From Euryarchaeota archaeon UBA88 (GTDB lineage: Archaea > Thermoplasmatota > Poseidoniia > Poseidoniales > Poseidoniaceae), in the NCBI GenBank assembly GCA_002499545.1, contig DAME01000025.1:6911-70910 (forward strand): a stretch of DNA of 64,000 nucleotides, in the 5' to 3' direction. Below are positions 27,901 through 37,055 of the stretch, piece by piece (position 1 is the stretch's first letter; each line of letters starts with the position of its first letter). The notes under the pieces were generated by a model. The model made no database searches. It saw nothing but the letters and a program-made list of their open reading frames with translations, and was not told the origin of the DNA. Made by a program: the position numbers and the translations under genes.

Positions 27901-28104
27901 GACTTGAAGGTTCGCTAGCTGGCTTGGAATGAACCAGCGCCAAACTGGAATTGCAATGCAGATAGCAACCAACAGAGGGAAAAAGTATTCTGGCTCGAGT
28001 GCACTAACATCTGCAACTTCATTAGCCGAAACGGTGTGAAGGAAGAAAAGAGAAAAAAATGTTGTTAGGAGGACGACTCGAAATCTGCGAACTCCGTTGC
28101 CCAT
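24946..28104 (-). CDS. Large polytopic membrane protein with a cytoplasmic TPR-like helical-repeat region and a long basic Ser/Lys/Arg-rich C-terminal tail
   Basis: 1052 aa with more than 12 predicted TM helices. A central helical-repeat region (AIEEARKVLAQAGGDDDIARMLIAVGYMASRRLDAAREAL...) is followed by a C-terminal 200 aa rich in K/R/S/P. No family recognised. Confidence 0.6.
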   Translation of the reverse strand: MGNGVRRFRVVLLTTFFSLFFLHTVSANEVADVSALEPEYFFPLLVAICIAIPVWRWFIPSQLANLQVAFEIDDDLYEVHRITGSASDARNLLKEGSVTIGIGLYMMGMTGVLLLITELLFDPEIYFKPNLYIIGILIAIPVLISPWETLNAQLLGMSKSKVKSQRITNFLRRIITMALLVGATFATLLYGLQTTGDGTLTPIWLAAGMLTFMAPTIMAYGRIMGASWNMLLINKWRTSNGRPNPIDPNKPGFLNRLFSLILVLFLLTMPITALNGIVTVFYVLFNRPENAEEVLNFGGIIGHSIYQRIDIISELLFHWQFIKSLPQFLSLYLSMNIAIVGLAFIFELTRNLVLGGQSFGGMFGVTLDSPREIRTEVDAQARQLKFAFAGFSGYTVLLLVLVCYKEFGDLMPFTPWLEDVGFNEGNRLLTTWMFIAFGQAIFLFTWLLSIIRYSPLLNLRFDLNPDERREGAVKFAGGDWMRALVDEAAISEDLDGLIQFQRRSIEGDPSLVRHEKARAHMWELAVRGLWPKAIEEARKVLAQAGGDDDIARMLIAVGYMASRRLDAAREALHGLQQAEGYDEPELLAFVCEWLDPWQGMVTEDDFWDWENNSCIDHLQDLMRMLRGWQPSPSEESIHKDRLTRVSRLSMISLLRAQRQHDDALELSLKLVRDEPTGVRPRIAAALCLIDKGDWHSARSILAELKESDGQDPRVMALSSILGQVVDEEEMEVALAVGTGKKMRKWINSAPVNAIAGLMVRGGLDEALNANVLIASHEASRRGMPPIYRPSILNRIFHLLVLIPIWFVLGIYVSQEVGEAQGVVVVVTLLMIQIAGRRFSKQQKRVIRHRDQKAMVSYAKRMKRFKVQPERANIPVGTHLLLSGMLVTVNGVVLDIGLPGWMTERLPRDSEKSVKMRLKRQAKSMAKSRPPRLQPLGEGWWLKRPKEEGAEIPALERLIGAVAYRGRPQYIAKKSGKASAKGRPVSSKSRSVAEINLSQRGIPTNTRVSERPNRKKSSPNSNITVGSKRPGPNVRPQSKSSTRESDDEYLSFD

Positions 28105-28156
28105 GTTGCTCGATTCGCGCCAAGAACATCAAGTCATCGATGAAATGGTTCTATAA

Positions 28157-29371
28157 TTAAGCTGAGCGATGACGTAGCAGGAAACGCTCAACACGGTCAA
28201 AGGCATCGTTTAAAACGTTGATTTCTGGTAGGTATACGAGGCGGAAATGGCCCTTACCCAAGGTAGGTGAAAATCCACTTCCGTGGACGAATAATACGTG
28301 CTCTTCATGCAAGAGTTCGAGAACGAATTTCTTATCGTTATCAGCCCACTTAGGATCTGTTAGTCGAACGAACATGTAGAATGCACCACCCGAAGATTCC
28401 ACCTCAATACCTTCAATAGAAGAAATTCGCTCAATGCAGAGGTTTCGTTGCGCTACCACTTTGCTCGAATATGCGGCCATCCACGACCGGTCGGACTCAA
28501 GTCCAGCAAGATAGCCGTATTGGGCTGGAGTCGAAGCACACAACCGTGAACGCAGTAAACGTTCAATTCCATCCCGGACCTCGATTAAACGATTCGTAGG
28601 GTCGTGAATGGCAAGATATCCAATACGCCAACCTGGGGCGTAGAACACCTTGGAGACGCCGTTCAGAACGAACACCGGCACGCTTGATGAAAGGCTTGCA
28701 ATGCTGACATGTTCACCTGTGAAATCAAGTCCATCGTATATTTCATCAGCCACAACGATGCAGTTAGGCCATCGTTCCGCTATCGCCAGTACTCTGTTGA
28801 CCTCTTCTGCACCAGCAACACTACCGCAGGGATTGTTTGGATTGATGAGAACCAATAACCGAACTGAATCATTCATTTTTGATTCAATGTCGTCGATATC
28901 CAATTTCCATCCGTCATCGGGTTTGAGTTTGTACTCGACGGTCGTGGCACCATACATTTGTGGATAAGCCATGTAGGGTGGGTAGTGCGGACCTGGTGCG
29001 AGTACTGTATCGCCTTGGTTGAGAATTGAGGCAAAGACAATCTGGAGTGCTTCAGTGACTCCATGACACACATAAACATCTGAATCCTTCGCATCCCACC
29101 CCTTCTGAACTTCATCACGTGCAATCGCTTTACGAAGTTCAGGCAAACCATACGATGGAGAATAACCATTCATTCCTTTCTGCAGTGCATGGACATACGC
29201 ATCGACCATGTGTTGAGGAGTGGGAAGACCCGGATAAGCGCTAGGATCACCAATATTGAGTTTCAATATTTGGTGTCCTTGTTCCTCCAGTATCGCAGCC
29301 GGAACCACAACATCCCTTATTGCGTATTCGATGTTTGATGCGCGGGACGCAACGGGGATTTGCTTTTCCAT
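28157..29371 (-). CDS. Class I/II PLP-dependent aminotransferase (aspartate/alanine aminotransferase-like)
   Basis: Motifs NPNNPCGSV, SKVFYAPGWRIGYL (PLP Lys in SK) and GDPSAYP. 404 aa. Confidence 0.78.
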   Translation of the reverse strand: MEKQIPVASRASNIEYAIRDVVVPAAILEEQGHQILKLNIGDPSAYPGLPTPQHMVDAYVHALQKGMNGYSPSYGLPELRKAIARDEVQKGWDAKDSDVYVCHGVTEALQIVFASILNQGDTVLAPGPHYPPYMAYPQMYGATTVEYKLKPDDGWKLDIDDIESKMNDSVRLLVLINPNNPCGSVAGAEEVNRVLAIAERWPNCIVVADEIYDGLDFTGEHVSIASLSSSVPVFVLNGVSKVFYAPGWRIGYLAIHDPTNRLIEVRDGIERLLRSRLCASTPAQYGYLAGLESDRSWMAAYSSKVVAQRNLCIERISSIEGIEVESSGGAFYMFVRLTDPKWADNDKKFVLELLHEEHVLFVHGSGFSPTLGKGHFRLVYLPEINVLNDAFDRVERFLLRHRSA

Positions 29372-29417
29372 GGGCTCACCAATTTTCTGTTATCGTTGTT
29401 TCACTTGAACATTGACC

Positions 29418-29897
29418 TTACGGCAAATCACTGCGAGAAAGTCCGCCCATTGCCAAAACGGTATCGAAATCAGATTCCTCAACGGGCTGTACGGAGAGTC
29501 TCTGACCCTTTCGAATCAACAACATGTTTTCACAAGCCGGATTGTTGCGAACTTCTTCTAGCGAAACAATGGTTGGGAGTTCCGCAACTGCCTCGATATC
29601 GACCATCATCCATCGAGGGTTTTCAGGTGTTGCTTTCGGGTCGAAGTAATTCGATGAAGGGTCTTGCGCAGTGTGATCGGCATAGCCTTCGCGACTCACT
29701 CGTGCGATTCCTGCGATGTGCGGTGGCTTGAAGTTTGAGTGATAGAACAAGACCAAATCTCCTTTCTTCATGTCGTCGCGCATCATGTTGCGTGCCTGAT
29801 AATTTCTCACTCCATCCCAGTGGGTAGAGCCGTCAGCCACGAGTTGCTCAAAAGGGTACACGTGGGGTTCCGATTTCATCAACCAGTACTTGTCCAT
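29418..29897 (-). CDS. EVE (PUA-like) domain protein
   Basis: MDKYWLMKSEPHVYPFEQL...GDLVLFYHS...IAGIARVSREGY matches the EVE/Thy28 family. The track start 29939 is TTG; the ATG at 29897 gives the canonical M-x-YWL-K-EP N-terminus. Confidence 0.68.
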   Translation of the reverse strand: MDKYWLMKSEPHVYPFEQLVADGSTHWDGVRNYQARNMMRDDMKKGDLVLFYHSNFKPPHIAGIARVSREGYADHTAQDPSSNYFDPKATPENPRWMMVDIEAVAELPTIVSLEEVRNNPACENMLLIRKGQRLSVQPVEESDFDTVLAMGGLSRSDLP

Positions 29898-29932
29898 GCA
29901 GTAGGCAAAAAGAAACAGCCAATGAAACTTAC

Positions 29933-32900
29933 TTACCAAGCATCAACAACTTCATCCATCAAGGCAGCATCTAAAACATCGATATCAATCGATTTTGGTT
30001 TGCCGAGACCGAGCCGCTTTGCCATAGCATTGCGACCGCTGACAGCCCCCAGACCCGCTTTTTCAAGCGTCACGAAAATTGCTGGGAGCAAAATTAACGC
30101 ACTAGCAGCAGCAACCCACAAGAGAATCAATATGACTGTGATGAACGGTTTGATTTCCGGAATAGGAATATTGTACGCTGTTAGCATACCCAGCGTCGTT
30201 ACCACTGCAGCCTCAAACAACGACATTCCCGTGCCAATGGCTGCGCTACGAATGGCTTCGATTCCTCCACCTAGTTCGCGTATGCGGTTCGCTATGTGAA
30301 TCGAGAAATCGACACCCACACCAACCAAAATCGACCCAATCATAACCGTTACCAGTGAAAGCGGTACATCGAGTTGCCACATAACGAGCCACTGCATTGC
30401 AACGGTCGCTATAACGGGGGAAGTGGTCCATATGGAGTATTTGATGTCCTTGAAAACAATTGCCAGAGTAATCAGTGTTAAGATGAGTGCGAAACCAAGT
30501 GAAGTCCACTGTGAACTAACGATCAGCGTGTTCACTTCAATTGAAGTTGAAGCTACACCAGTGAGTTTGGTTGCTTCATTACCCGGGTCACTGTTTCCTA
30601 CAAATGTTGCAGTGTACTTGTTGATTTCATCGACGCTTTGCGACGTGTCTGCAACCGGTAGATATGGCATATCAACGTAAATCAAACTTCGATCGTAATC
30701 CTCGCTGATGAAAATTTCTCGAGTTTCATCAGTAATCGATGAGTAAAACACGTTTAAGAGGAAAATCTCAGACTGCCGCGAAGCAGGAAGGCCATACGAA
30801 CCCGGGGAGGTTAGCAAGTCCCAGAATGATGCATCCTGTGTGAGGGAGTTGTCGAGTAGTACTGCCGCAGTATCCTTGATATCCTCGGGCAAACCGGGTA
30901 TGGCCTGGACAAATTCGTTGAGCCCAGCACCCGATACCGTTGGAGCGATACCGGCTGATTTCATCAAAAATACAATCGATACAGCAGTCGTATTATCTAC
31001 ACCGTTGAGCAATCCCTCAAGAGAATCAATCGCCTGCAAATTCTGTGCTGGGTCCTGCTGACTTGCTTCAAGCGAGGTCACCCCCGTAAGGTTGGCTTTA
31101 ATTAGAACCATTCCTAACTGTCCGGATTCAAATTCGTCGCTGTACTGCTTCATCTTGATGACCGAGGGTTCTCCTTCAGGTGCCATTCCAAGCATGTCGA
31201 TGTTCTCCTCTACATTGGCCTGACCAATTGTTGCAGAGAAGAGGATCAGAACGGCAAACACACCGATGACGGCTTTGTTGTACTTTACAGGAGCTTGAAC
31301 GAGGGTTTCGAAAACTTTGAGTGGAGGATGTTTCGGTTTCCGAAGGTCCAACAACAGCGTGAGATTTGGAACCATGAACATTGTCAATATGTAGACGACA
31401 ACAATACCGCCTGAAAGTGCGATTCCAACTGTCTGAATGGGAGCCATTGGAGTGAATACCAGCGAAATAAAACCAATGACCGTAGTCACAGCAGATAAGA
31501 AAACTGCTCGACCGGTTGAGGAAAGAGCACCACGCATTTTTTCTGATTTGGTTCCACCTTCTTCCGCATATCGATTGGTAATATGGAGACCGTACGAAAC
31601 GCCAAGCGCTAACAGAATCGGCCCGACAATGATAACCGTCATGGTCACCTCATAATTCGTCCAACCAATGATGCCAAGTGTCCAAAAGACAGCACATAAA
31701 GTCGGCAATCCTGCGATGATAACAACTTTCAATCCCTGGAGTGGTCGAATACCCGTCAAACCTGCTTGGAAAAAGTCACAGTGGAATACGAAGAGTCCAA
31801 TGGCCACCAATACGACGGCAAGAGGGAAAATCTCCCAGAACAAGCGGAATGAAAACTCTGTAACTGCATTCGTGATTGGTACAGGACCTGTGAGGGTCAT
31901 ACTTAGACCCAAATCCGACCACGTACAGCGCTCTGGGCCGGCTGGATTTCCATTTGTATCGAACTCACATGCACGTTCCTCTTTGGAAATCTGATCGAGA
32001 AGTTCCTGCGTTGTGAGGATAATCTCCTTCGCATCTTTGTCCTCTCGGACAGCGACTGCCATTATCGCACGGTCGAGAAGTCCATCAGGCGAATCATCTT
32101 CAGAACCGTTGATGTCGCGTGCCAATTTATCGAGACCCGGTGTCGGTGAACCATCGTCGTCGTACATCTCGCCAATCACCAAATCAATGGTGGTCTGTGA
32201 TGGAATGTCATAGCCGCCTTCGAGTGCAGCGGTTGTATTATCCAGCAGTTCATTCAGCGCATCGCCCATTTGTTCAGTTAAGCAATCCTCTGATGCTCCA
32301 CATCCAAGTTGTGCAATTTGGTCAACAAACGCAGTACGCACACGAGGAGCACTGGAGTTCACTTCCTTTAGAACGGTCGATATAGAAAGGATGTAAATGA
32401 CGTCATCCTCAACCCCCGGGCTCACTTCGCCAACATACGAGAGTTTCGGATTGAGAATAGTCTCAACATAACTGATTTCTTGTAAAATACGTTGGTCGGT
32501 GATATTGCGCCCACCAAATGATTCAATGTAAACCACCATGACGTTCGTCGACCAGTCTTGCTCAACCTCCCCAAGCAACGCTCCAACTTCACTTCCCTCA
32601 GGAAGATACACTTCTAAGTCCCCGTTAACGTTCAGTGCGGGATTGTTGACATCGTCATCAAATTGAGTGAGATAGCGGTCAAAGAATCCAGACTGCCCAA
32701 CGAAAAAGGCAGTGAGCATCAAAAAAAGTATGACGGTTGGTAGAGGGTAACGGGTAATTGCACCGGTTGCTCCATGTTTCTGCCACTCTCGCTTGAATCG
32801 AACTGGAGCGTCCAAAACTGCGTCAATTGCATCTTTGGGCTTGAATTCCTTGACTCGAGCTGAAAGGTCTACAGCACTGGTACGAATTTGTTTTTTACCA

Positions 32901-33028
32901 TATTGGGCTAAATTCGATACCCGAGACGACATGTTCTCTGGACCCGTTTTTGGATTGGAATCCGAAGGGGAATTCGATGCTTCATCTGTCGACATACATC
33001 GCCCTCTCTTTGTTGGAAATGAATTCAC
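29933..33028 (-). CDS. RND-superfamily exporter (MMPL/SSD-type; two 6-TM bundles with large extracytoplasmic loops)
   Basis: 1031 aa. Two TM clusters each preceded by a large soluble domain; GxSxxND-like transporter segments (VGVDFSIHIANR, LGVSYGLHITNR). Alternative starts at 32995 and 32932. Confidence 0.72.
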   Translation of the reverse strand: MNSFPTKRGRCMSTDEASNSPSDSNPKTGPENMSSRVSNLAQYGKKQIRTSAVDLSARVKEFKPKDAIDAVLDAPVRFKREWQKHGATGAITRYPLPTVILFLMLTAFFVGQSGFFDRYLTQFDDDVNNPALNVNGDLEVYLPEGSEVGALLGEVEQDWSTNVMVVYIESFGGRNITDQRILQEISYVETILNPKLSYVGEVSPGVEDDVIYILSISTVLKEVNSSAPRVRTAFVDQIAQLGCGASEDCLTEQMGDALNELLDNTTAALEGGYDIPSQTTIDLVIGEMYDDDGSPTPGLDKLARDINGSEDDSPDGLLDRAIMAVAVREDKDAKEIILTTQELLDQISKEERACEFDTNGNPAGPERCTWSDLGLSMTLTGPVPITNAVTEFSFRLFWEIFPLAVVLVAIGLFVFHCDFFQAGLTGIRPLQGLKVVIIAGLPTLCAVFWTLGIIGWTNYEVTMTVIIVGPILLALGVSYGLHITNRYAEEGGTKSEKMRGALSSTGRAVFLSAVTTVIGFISLVFTPMAPIQTVGIALSGGIVVVYILTMFMVPNLTLLLDLRKPKHPPLKVFETLVQAPVKYNKAVIGVFAVLILFSATIGQANVEENIDMLGMAPEGEPSVIKMKQYSDEFESGQLGMVLIKANLTGVTSLEASQQDPAQNLQAIDSLEGLLNGVDNTTAVSIVFLMKSAGIAPTVSGAGLNEFVQAIPGLPEDIKDTAAVLLDNSLTQDASFWDLLTSPGSYGLPASRQSEIFLLNVFYSSITDETREIFISEDYDRSLIYVDMPYLPVADTSQSVDEINKYTATFVGNSDPGNEATKLTGVASTSIEVNTLIVSSQWTSLGFALILTLITLAIVFKDIKYSIWTTSPVIATVAMQWLVMWQLDVPLSLVTVMIGSILVGVGVDFSIHIANRIRELGGGIEAIRSAAIGTGMSLFEAAVVTTLGMLTAYNIPIPEIKPFITVILILLWVAAASALILLPAIFVTLEKAGLGAVSGRNAMAKRLGLGKPKSIDIDVLDAALMDEVVDAW

Positions 33029-33169
33029 TTCAAAGCCCTATCTATCCGGTGTCCGCTTGCGGAACGATTCGCATTCATGAATCAAAAGTCATCCGTTGGG
33101 TTCAAAGGTGGTCGTTCTTAGCGCCCGTTAGACCCGTGCTGTTCACAAGTACGGGGCGAGTTGAGGCAC

Positions 33170-35662
33170 ATGCCAGACCCAATATTAAACGACAAGCGCT
33201 GGTCAATTGACCTTGAAAAGAAAATTCAAGAAGCGCACGGTGAAAACCCGCAAGTATACGCCCAGCGATACGCTTTCAATCCTGACAGTGGAAAGGAAAT
33301 TTTTGTGATTGACACACCGCCACCATATCCGTCGGGAACCTGGCATATTGGAGCGGTAGCACAATACTCGATGATTGACGTTATCGCTCGTTCCCAACGC
33401 CTACTCGGGAAGGAAGTCTACTTCCCATGGGGTGTTGATCGAAACGGCATCAACATTGAATTCACTGTGGAAAAAAATACCAAACGTAAAATGAAAACCT
33501 ATGACCGTGCAGAGTTCTTGAAACTGTGCGAAGAAACAATTGAAACATTCACCCAAGCAATGAGAAAAACCGCCCGTAGAGTGGGCCTTTCTTGCGATTA
33601 TGACCGTGAATACCTCACCGATTCTCCCGAATACCGAACAGTTACGCAGTCCATCTTTATTGAATTGTTCAAAAAAGGCGCAATTGTTGAAGACCTGCGG
33701 CCGAATATCTACGACCCGGTAGAAGGTACGACAATTGCAGATGCGGAAGTTGAACGCCAGTCTCGAAAAACCAAATTAATCGATGTAATGTGGACATGTG
33801 ATGACGGAACTGAACTTGTTATTTCTACAACCCGACCGGAATTAATTTGCGCTTGCGGGGTTGTCGTGGTTCATCCTGACGATGAACGGTATACGCACCT
33901 CATTGGAAAAACTGTGAAGTTGCCTCTTCCCGTGGTGGGGCGAAGTACTTCAGTGAAAATCCAAACCCATCCATCGGTTAAATCCGAATTCGGTTCGGGA
34001 ATTTTAATGGTGTGTTCATTCGGGGATCAAAACGATGTTGCGGTCTTCCGTGAACTTGGTCTTACCCCCTTCCAAGCAATCAACCTCGAAGGTAAAATGA
34101 CCGACCTTGCTGGTCCCTTTGCGGAAATGAAAGTGTACGAAGCACGTAAAGCTGCCACAGCGTACTTGGAAAATGCAGGAGCTCTCGTACAAGTCGTGGA
34201 ACGCGAGCAAGAAATCCCAGTTTCAGAGCGGGGAAAGAATCCCGTTGAAATCATCTTGCTCAAGGAATGGTATGTGCAACAAACTGATGCGCAAGACCGC
34301 ATGAAAGAGCACATTGAAGAAATTGAATTCCACCCACCTCGCAACAGACAATTTTTGCTTGATTGGATGGATAATATTAGCATTGACTGGCCAATATCTC
34401 GGCGCCGGTGGTACCATACTGAAATCCCTATCTGGTACAGCGAAGATGCTTCAAAAATCATCGTCCCCCCCGCCGGAACCTATGTTCAACCGTGGTGCCA
34501 AGCACCACCTGCCGGAAGCCATGTTCTCGATCGAGAAACACGTCAAGAACTTGGCAGCTATGACGAGCTTCAAGATTCTCTTGGAACACTCGTCGGCGAA
34601 GAAAAGGTCTTCGACACCTGGATGGATTCATCCAATTCAAATCTGTTCGTTAGCGGTTACTTGAATCAACCAGAAGTGTTTGAAAAAGCATTCCCAACTG
34701 CACTGCGTCCACAAGGAAAGGAGATTGTTCGCACTTGGTTGTACTACACTCTACTCAAATCAAATCTTCTGCTTGATAAGCCCGGCTTCAAGCATGTATG
34801 GATCGATGGCTTAGGCATGGACCCATGGGGCCGGAAAATGAGCAAGTCGCTGGGCAATGGAATTGATGCTGACTCCGTGCTTGAATGCGGTGCAGGTGGA
34901 CGAACTGGTTCGTGGAAAGTGAGAGGGCCAGAAAAGTCTGTCAGCCTTCGAGCCAATAAAATTGGAAGCGAGTGCTTCAGATTATGGAAGGCGTGTGATG
35001 CCCAGGTGGGCGATGATTTCCATATCAACCCTGAAGAAATCGAGAAGAAGTACTTCGGTGTTCTAACGAAGTTGTTCAACGTTGCTCGGTTCGCATCACA
35101 GTTTGAAGTCCCGGTAGACCTCGATCAATCACCTGAACACTTGGCCATTGAAGACGAATGGATTTTAGCTGAGTTCCAATCCACAATGGAGACGGTTTCT
35201 TCAGCCTGGCAAGCGCTTGACATTTACTCCGCAACTCAAGCATTGAAGACATTCGGGACTGGAGTTTTGCCGAGTCACTATCTTGAAATGGTCAAATCTC
35301 GCTTGTACGATGGTGACCAGTCTGCTGCTTGGACATTGCACCGTATCGTTCGTGATTTCATGTCTGCGTTTTCCCCTGTCTGTCCGTTCTTCACGCACCA
35401 CATCTCCAGTACCGTGTACGGTATGTCTGCTGTTGATGTCGATACATTTCCCGCTGCTGCTCATCCTCTCACGGATGTTGAATCACCTCGAGGTGATGCA
35501 CTTCGTGAACTCTCCGGCGCCATTCAGAGTTTCAATGGTGATACGTGGAACACCAAGAAGGAGCAAGGGATTTCGTTGAACCAACCAATCAGTGGAATCT
35601 CCATCCCTGCTGAACTTGTTGACTTCACGGCAATTCTCACACGCATGCATCACTTGGAATGA
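33170..35662 (+). CDS. valS: Valyl-tRNA synthetase (class I), with a degenerate HIGH motif (WHIGA)
   Basis: N-terminal FVIDTPPPYPSGTWHIGAV...FPWGVDRNGINIE aligns with archaeal ValRS (IIDTPPPYPTGRLHLGHA...FPMGFDCHGLP). KMSKSLGNGIDA is present. 831 aa. The track start 33161 is TTG. Confidence 0.78.
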   Translation: MPDPILNDKRWSIDLEKKIQEAHGENPQVYAQRYAFNPDSGKEIFVIDTPPPYPSGTWHIGAVAQYSMIDVIARSQRLLGKEVYFPWGVDRNGINIEFTVEKNTKRKMKTYDRAEFLKLCEETIETFTQAMRKTARRVGLSCDYDREYLTDSPEYRTVTQSIFIELFKKGAIVEDLRPNIYDPVEGTTIADAEVERQSRKTKLIDVMWTCDDGTELVISTTRPELICACGVVVVHPDDERYTHLIGKTVKLPLPVVGRSTSVKIQTHPSVKSEFGSGILMVCSFGDQNDVAVFRELGLTPFQAINLEGKMTDLAGPFAEMKVYEARKAATAYLENAGALVQVVEREQEIPVSERGKNPVEIILLKEWYVQQTDAQDRMKEHIEEIEFHPPRNRQFLLDWMDNISIDWPISRRRWYHTEIPIWYSEDASKIIVPPAGTYVQPWCQAPPAGSHVLDRETRQELGSYDELQDSLGTLVGEEKVFDTWMDSSNSNLFVSGYLNQPEVFEKAFPTALRPQGKEIVRTWLYYTLLKSNLLLDKPGFKHVWIDGLGMDPWGRKMSKSLGNGIDADSVLECGAGGRTGSWKVRGPEKSVSLRANKIGSECFRLWKACDAQVGDDFHINPEEIEKKYFGVLTKLFNVARFASQFEVPVDLDQSPEHLAIEDEWILAEFQSTMETVSSAWQALDIYSATQALKTFGTGVLPSHYLEMVKSRLYDGDQSAAWTLHRIVRDFMSAFSPVCPFFTHHISSTVYGMSAVDVDTFPAAAHPLTDVESPRGDALRELSGAIQSFNGDTWNTKKEQGISLNQPISGISIPAELVDFTAILTRMHHLE

Positions 35663-36811
35663 TCACTCTTCTTCAAGCAGTAAAACTGCTTGACGAGTTG
35701 GTGGCATGTCCAGTTGGCCCAATCGAAAACCGATTAGCCGTAAACTTCGATTGTGTTGCACATTCGTTGCAAAAAGGTGCTCAGCAAGTCGCAAGAATAC
35801 ATCGGGTTCATCCATCGCAACGGGTATCGAGCGACCGTGGGTGTGCGTCTCAAATCCAGTGTAGCGTATTTTCACCTCTGCCAAACGCCCTGAAACTCCC
35901 ATGTCTTTCGAACGTTTGAGAACCCGTTGAGTCAGTGAGCGAAGGACGTCAAGAACCGCTTCATGGTCGGTCTGGTCTTGGGAAAAAGTCCGTTCTTTAC
36001 CGATCGATTTACGGCTTCGAAGTGGACTGACTTCGGTACTTGTCGCTCCATCGACAACGCGGATAAGCCAAGAAGCAAAGCGTTCACCAGCCATGCGACC
36101 AAGCGCCAATTCACCCAGTTCATAGGCTTCATCGACCGTCGTCAGACCCCATTCTGCTAACTGCGTAGCACGCTTTGGCCCAATGCCCGGAACATCTCGA
36201 AGAGAGCGGTGATGAAAGAAATCGACGATTTCATCGGGTAATATCCTGAAAATTCCTTTCGGCTTGTTCACCTCACTCGACATTTTCGCAAGAATTCGCG
36301 TTGGTGCAATACCAAACGATGCGGTAAGACCGACCTCTTCTTCGATGGTTGTTTGAAGTGAACGGCACAGTGCATAGGCAGCATCCCAATCACCAGCAAC
36401 ATGGTCAGTTACATCGAGATACGCCTCATCAATGCTGGCTTTTTCAAAGAATTCTGCTGGTTCAAGCAGTATTTCCATGACTTTTCGAGATGCACGGCTG
36501 TACAAACCACGACTGCCACGGATGTAATGACCGGGTCCAAACGGATGACCTGGGCATCGTCGCCACGCCTCACTGATTGGCATTGCAGAATGTATTCCGA
36601 ATTTTCGAGCGGCGTAATTGCATGTCGAGACGATGCCGCGCCCTCTCCCTGCTTGAGGATCTGAACCAATGATGAGAGGTTTTTCCGGGTCAAGGTCGTG
36701 GTGCAGAACTTCGACTGCCGCGAAAAAAGCATCAAGGTCACAGTGGATAATAATCCGTTCACCCGTGGAGTGAGGCGGAGTACGGATGGCATCAACACTT
36801 TCATCCGTCAT
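35663..36811 (-). CDS. dinB: DNA polymerase IV (Y-family, DinB/Dpo4)
   Basis: IIIHCDLDAFFAAVEVL (catalytic DxD...F), GIGPKRATQL (HhH) and the little-finger region. The track ORF extends 59 codons further; M60 at 36811 places the catalytic motif about 19 aa from the start, as in Dpo4. Confidence 0.85.
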   Translation of the reverse strand: MTDESVDAIRTPPHSTGERIIIHCDLDAFFAAVEVLHHDLDPEKPLIIGSDPQAGRGRGIVSTCNYAARKFGIHSAMPISEAWRRCPGHPFGPGHYIRGSRGLYSRASRKVMEILLEPAEFFEKASIDEAYLDVTDHVAGDWDAAYALCRSLQTTIEEEVGLTASFGIAPTRILAKMSSEVNKPKGIFRILPDEIVDFFHHRSLRDVPGIGPKRATQLAEWGLTTVDEAYELGELALGRMAGERFASWLIRVVDGATSTEVSPLRSRKSIGKERTFSQDQTDHEAVLDVLRSLTQRVLKRSKDMGVSGRLAEVKIRYTGFETHTHGRSIPVAMDEPDVFLRLAEHLFATNVQHNRSLRLIGFRLGQLDMPPTRQAVLLLEEE

Positions 36812-37055
36812 GGTATGAGAATAGTGCCTGAGGTGCTTGAAGTTGATGTATTCTTCAGACACTGAGACTTCGACTGAAGGTGTGAGGTACACGAGCCGTT
36901 CTGCGGCAGGAAACTCCATTGGAAGCTCTTCAAGTGCGAAAAGGCGTGATGGAATTCGGCCATTCAACGTCGATGATTGTAGATGCATATCGCAGATTTC
37001 ACGCGTAAGGCCGACAAGTGTTCAGTAGACCCTCAAATCTGCGCGAAGGGCGTGA

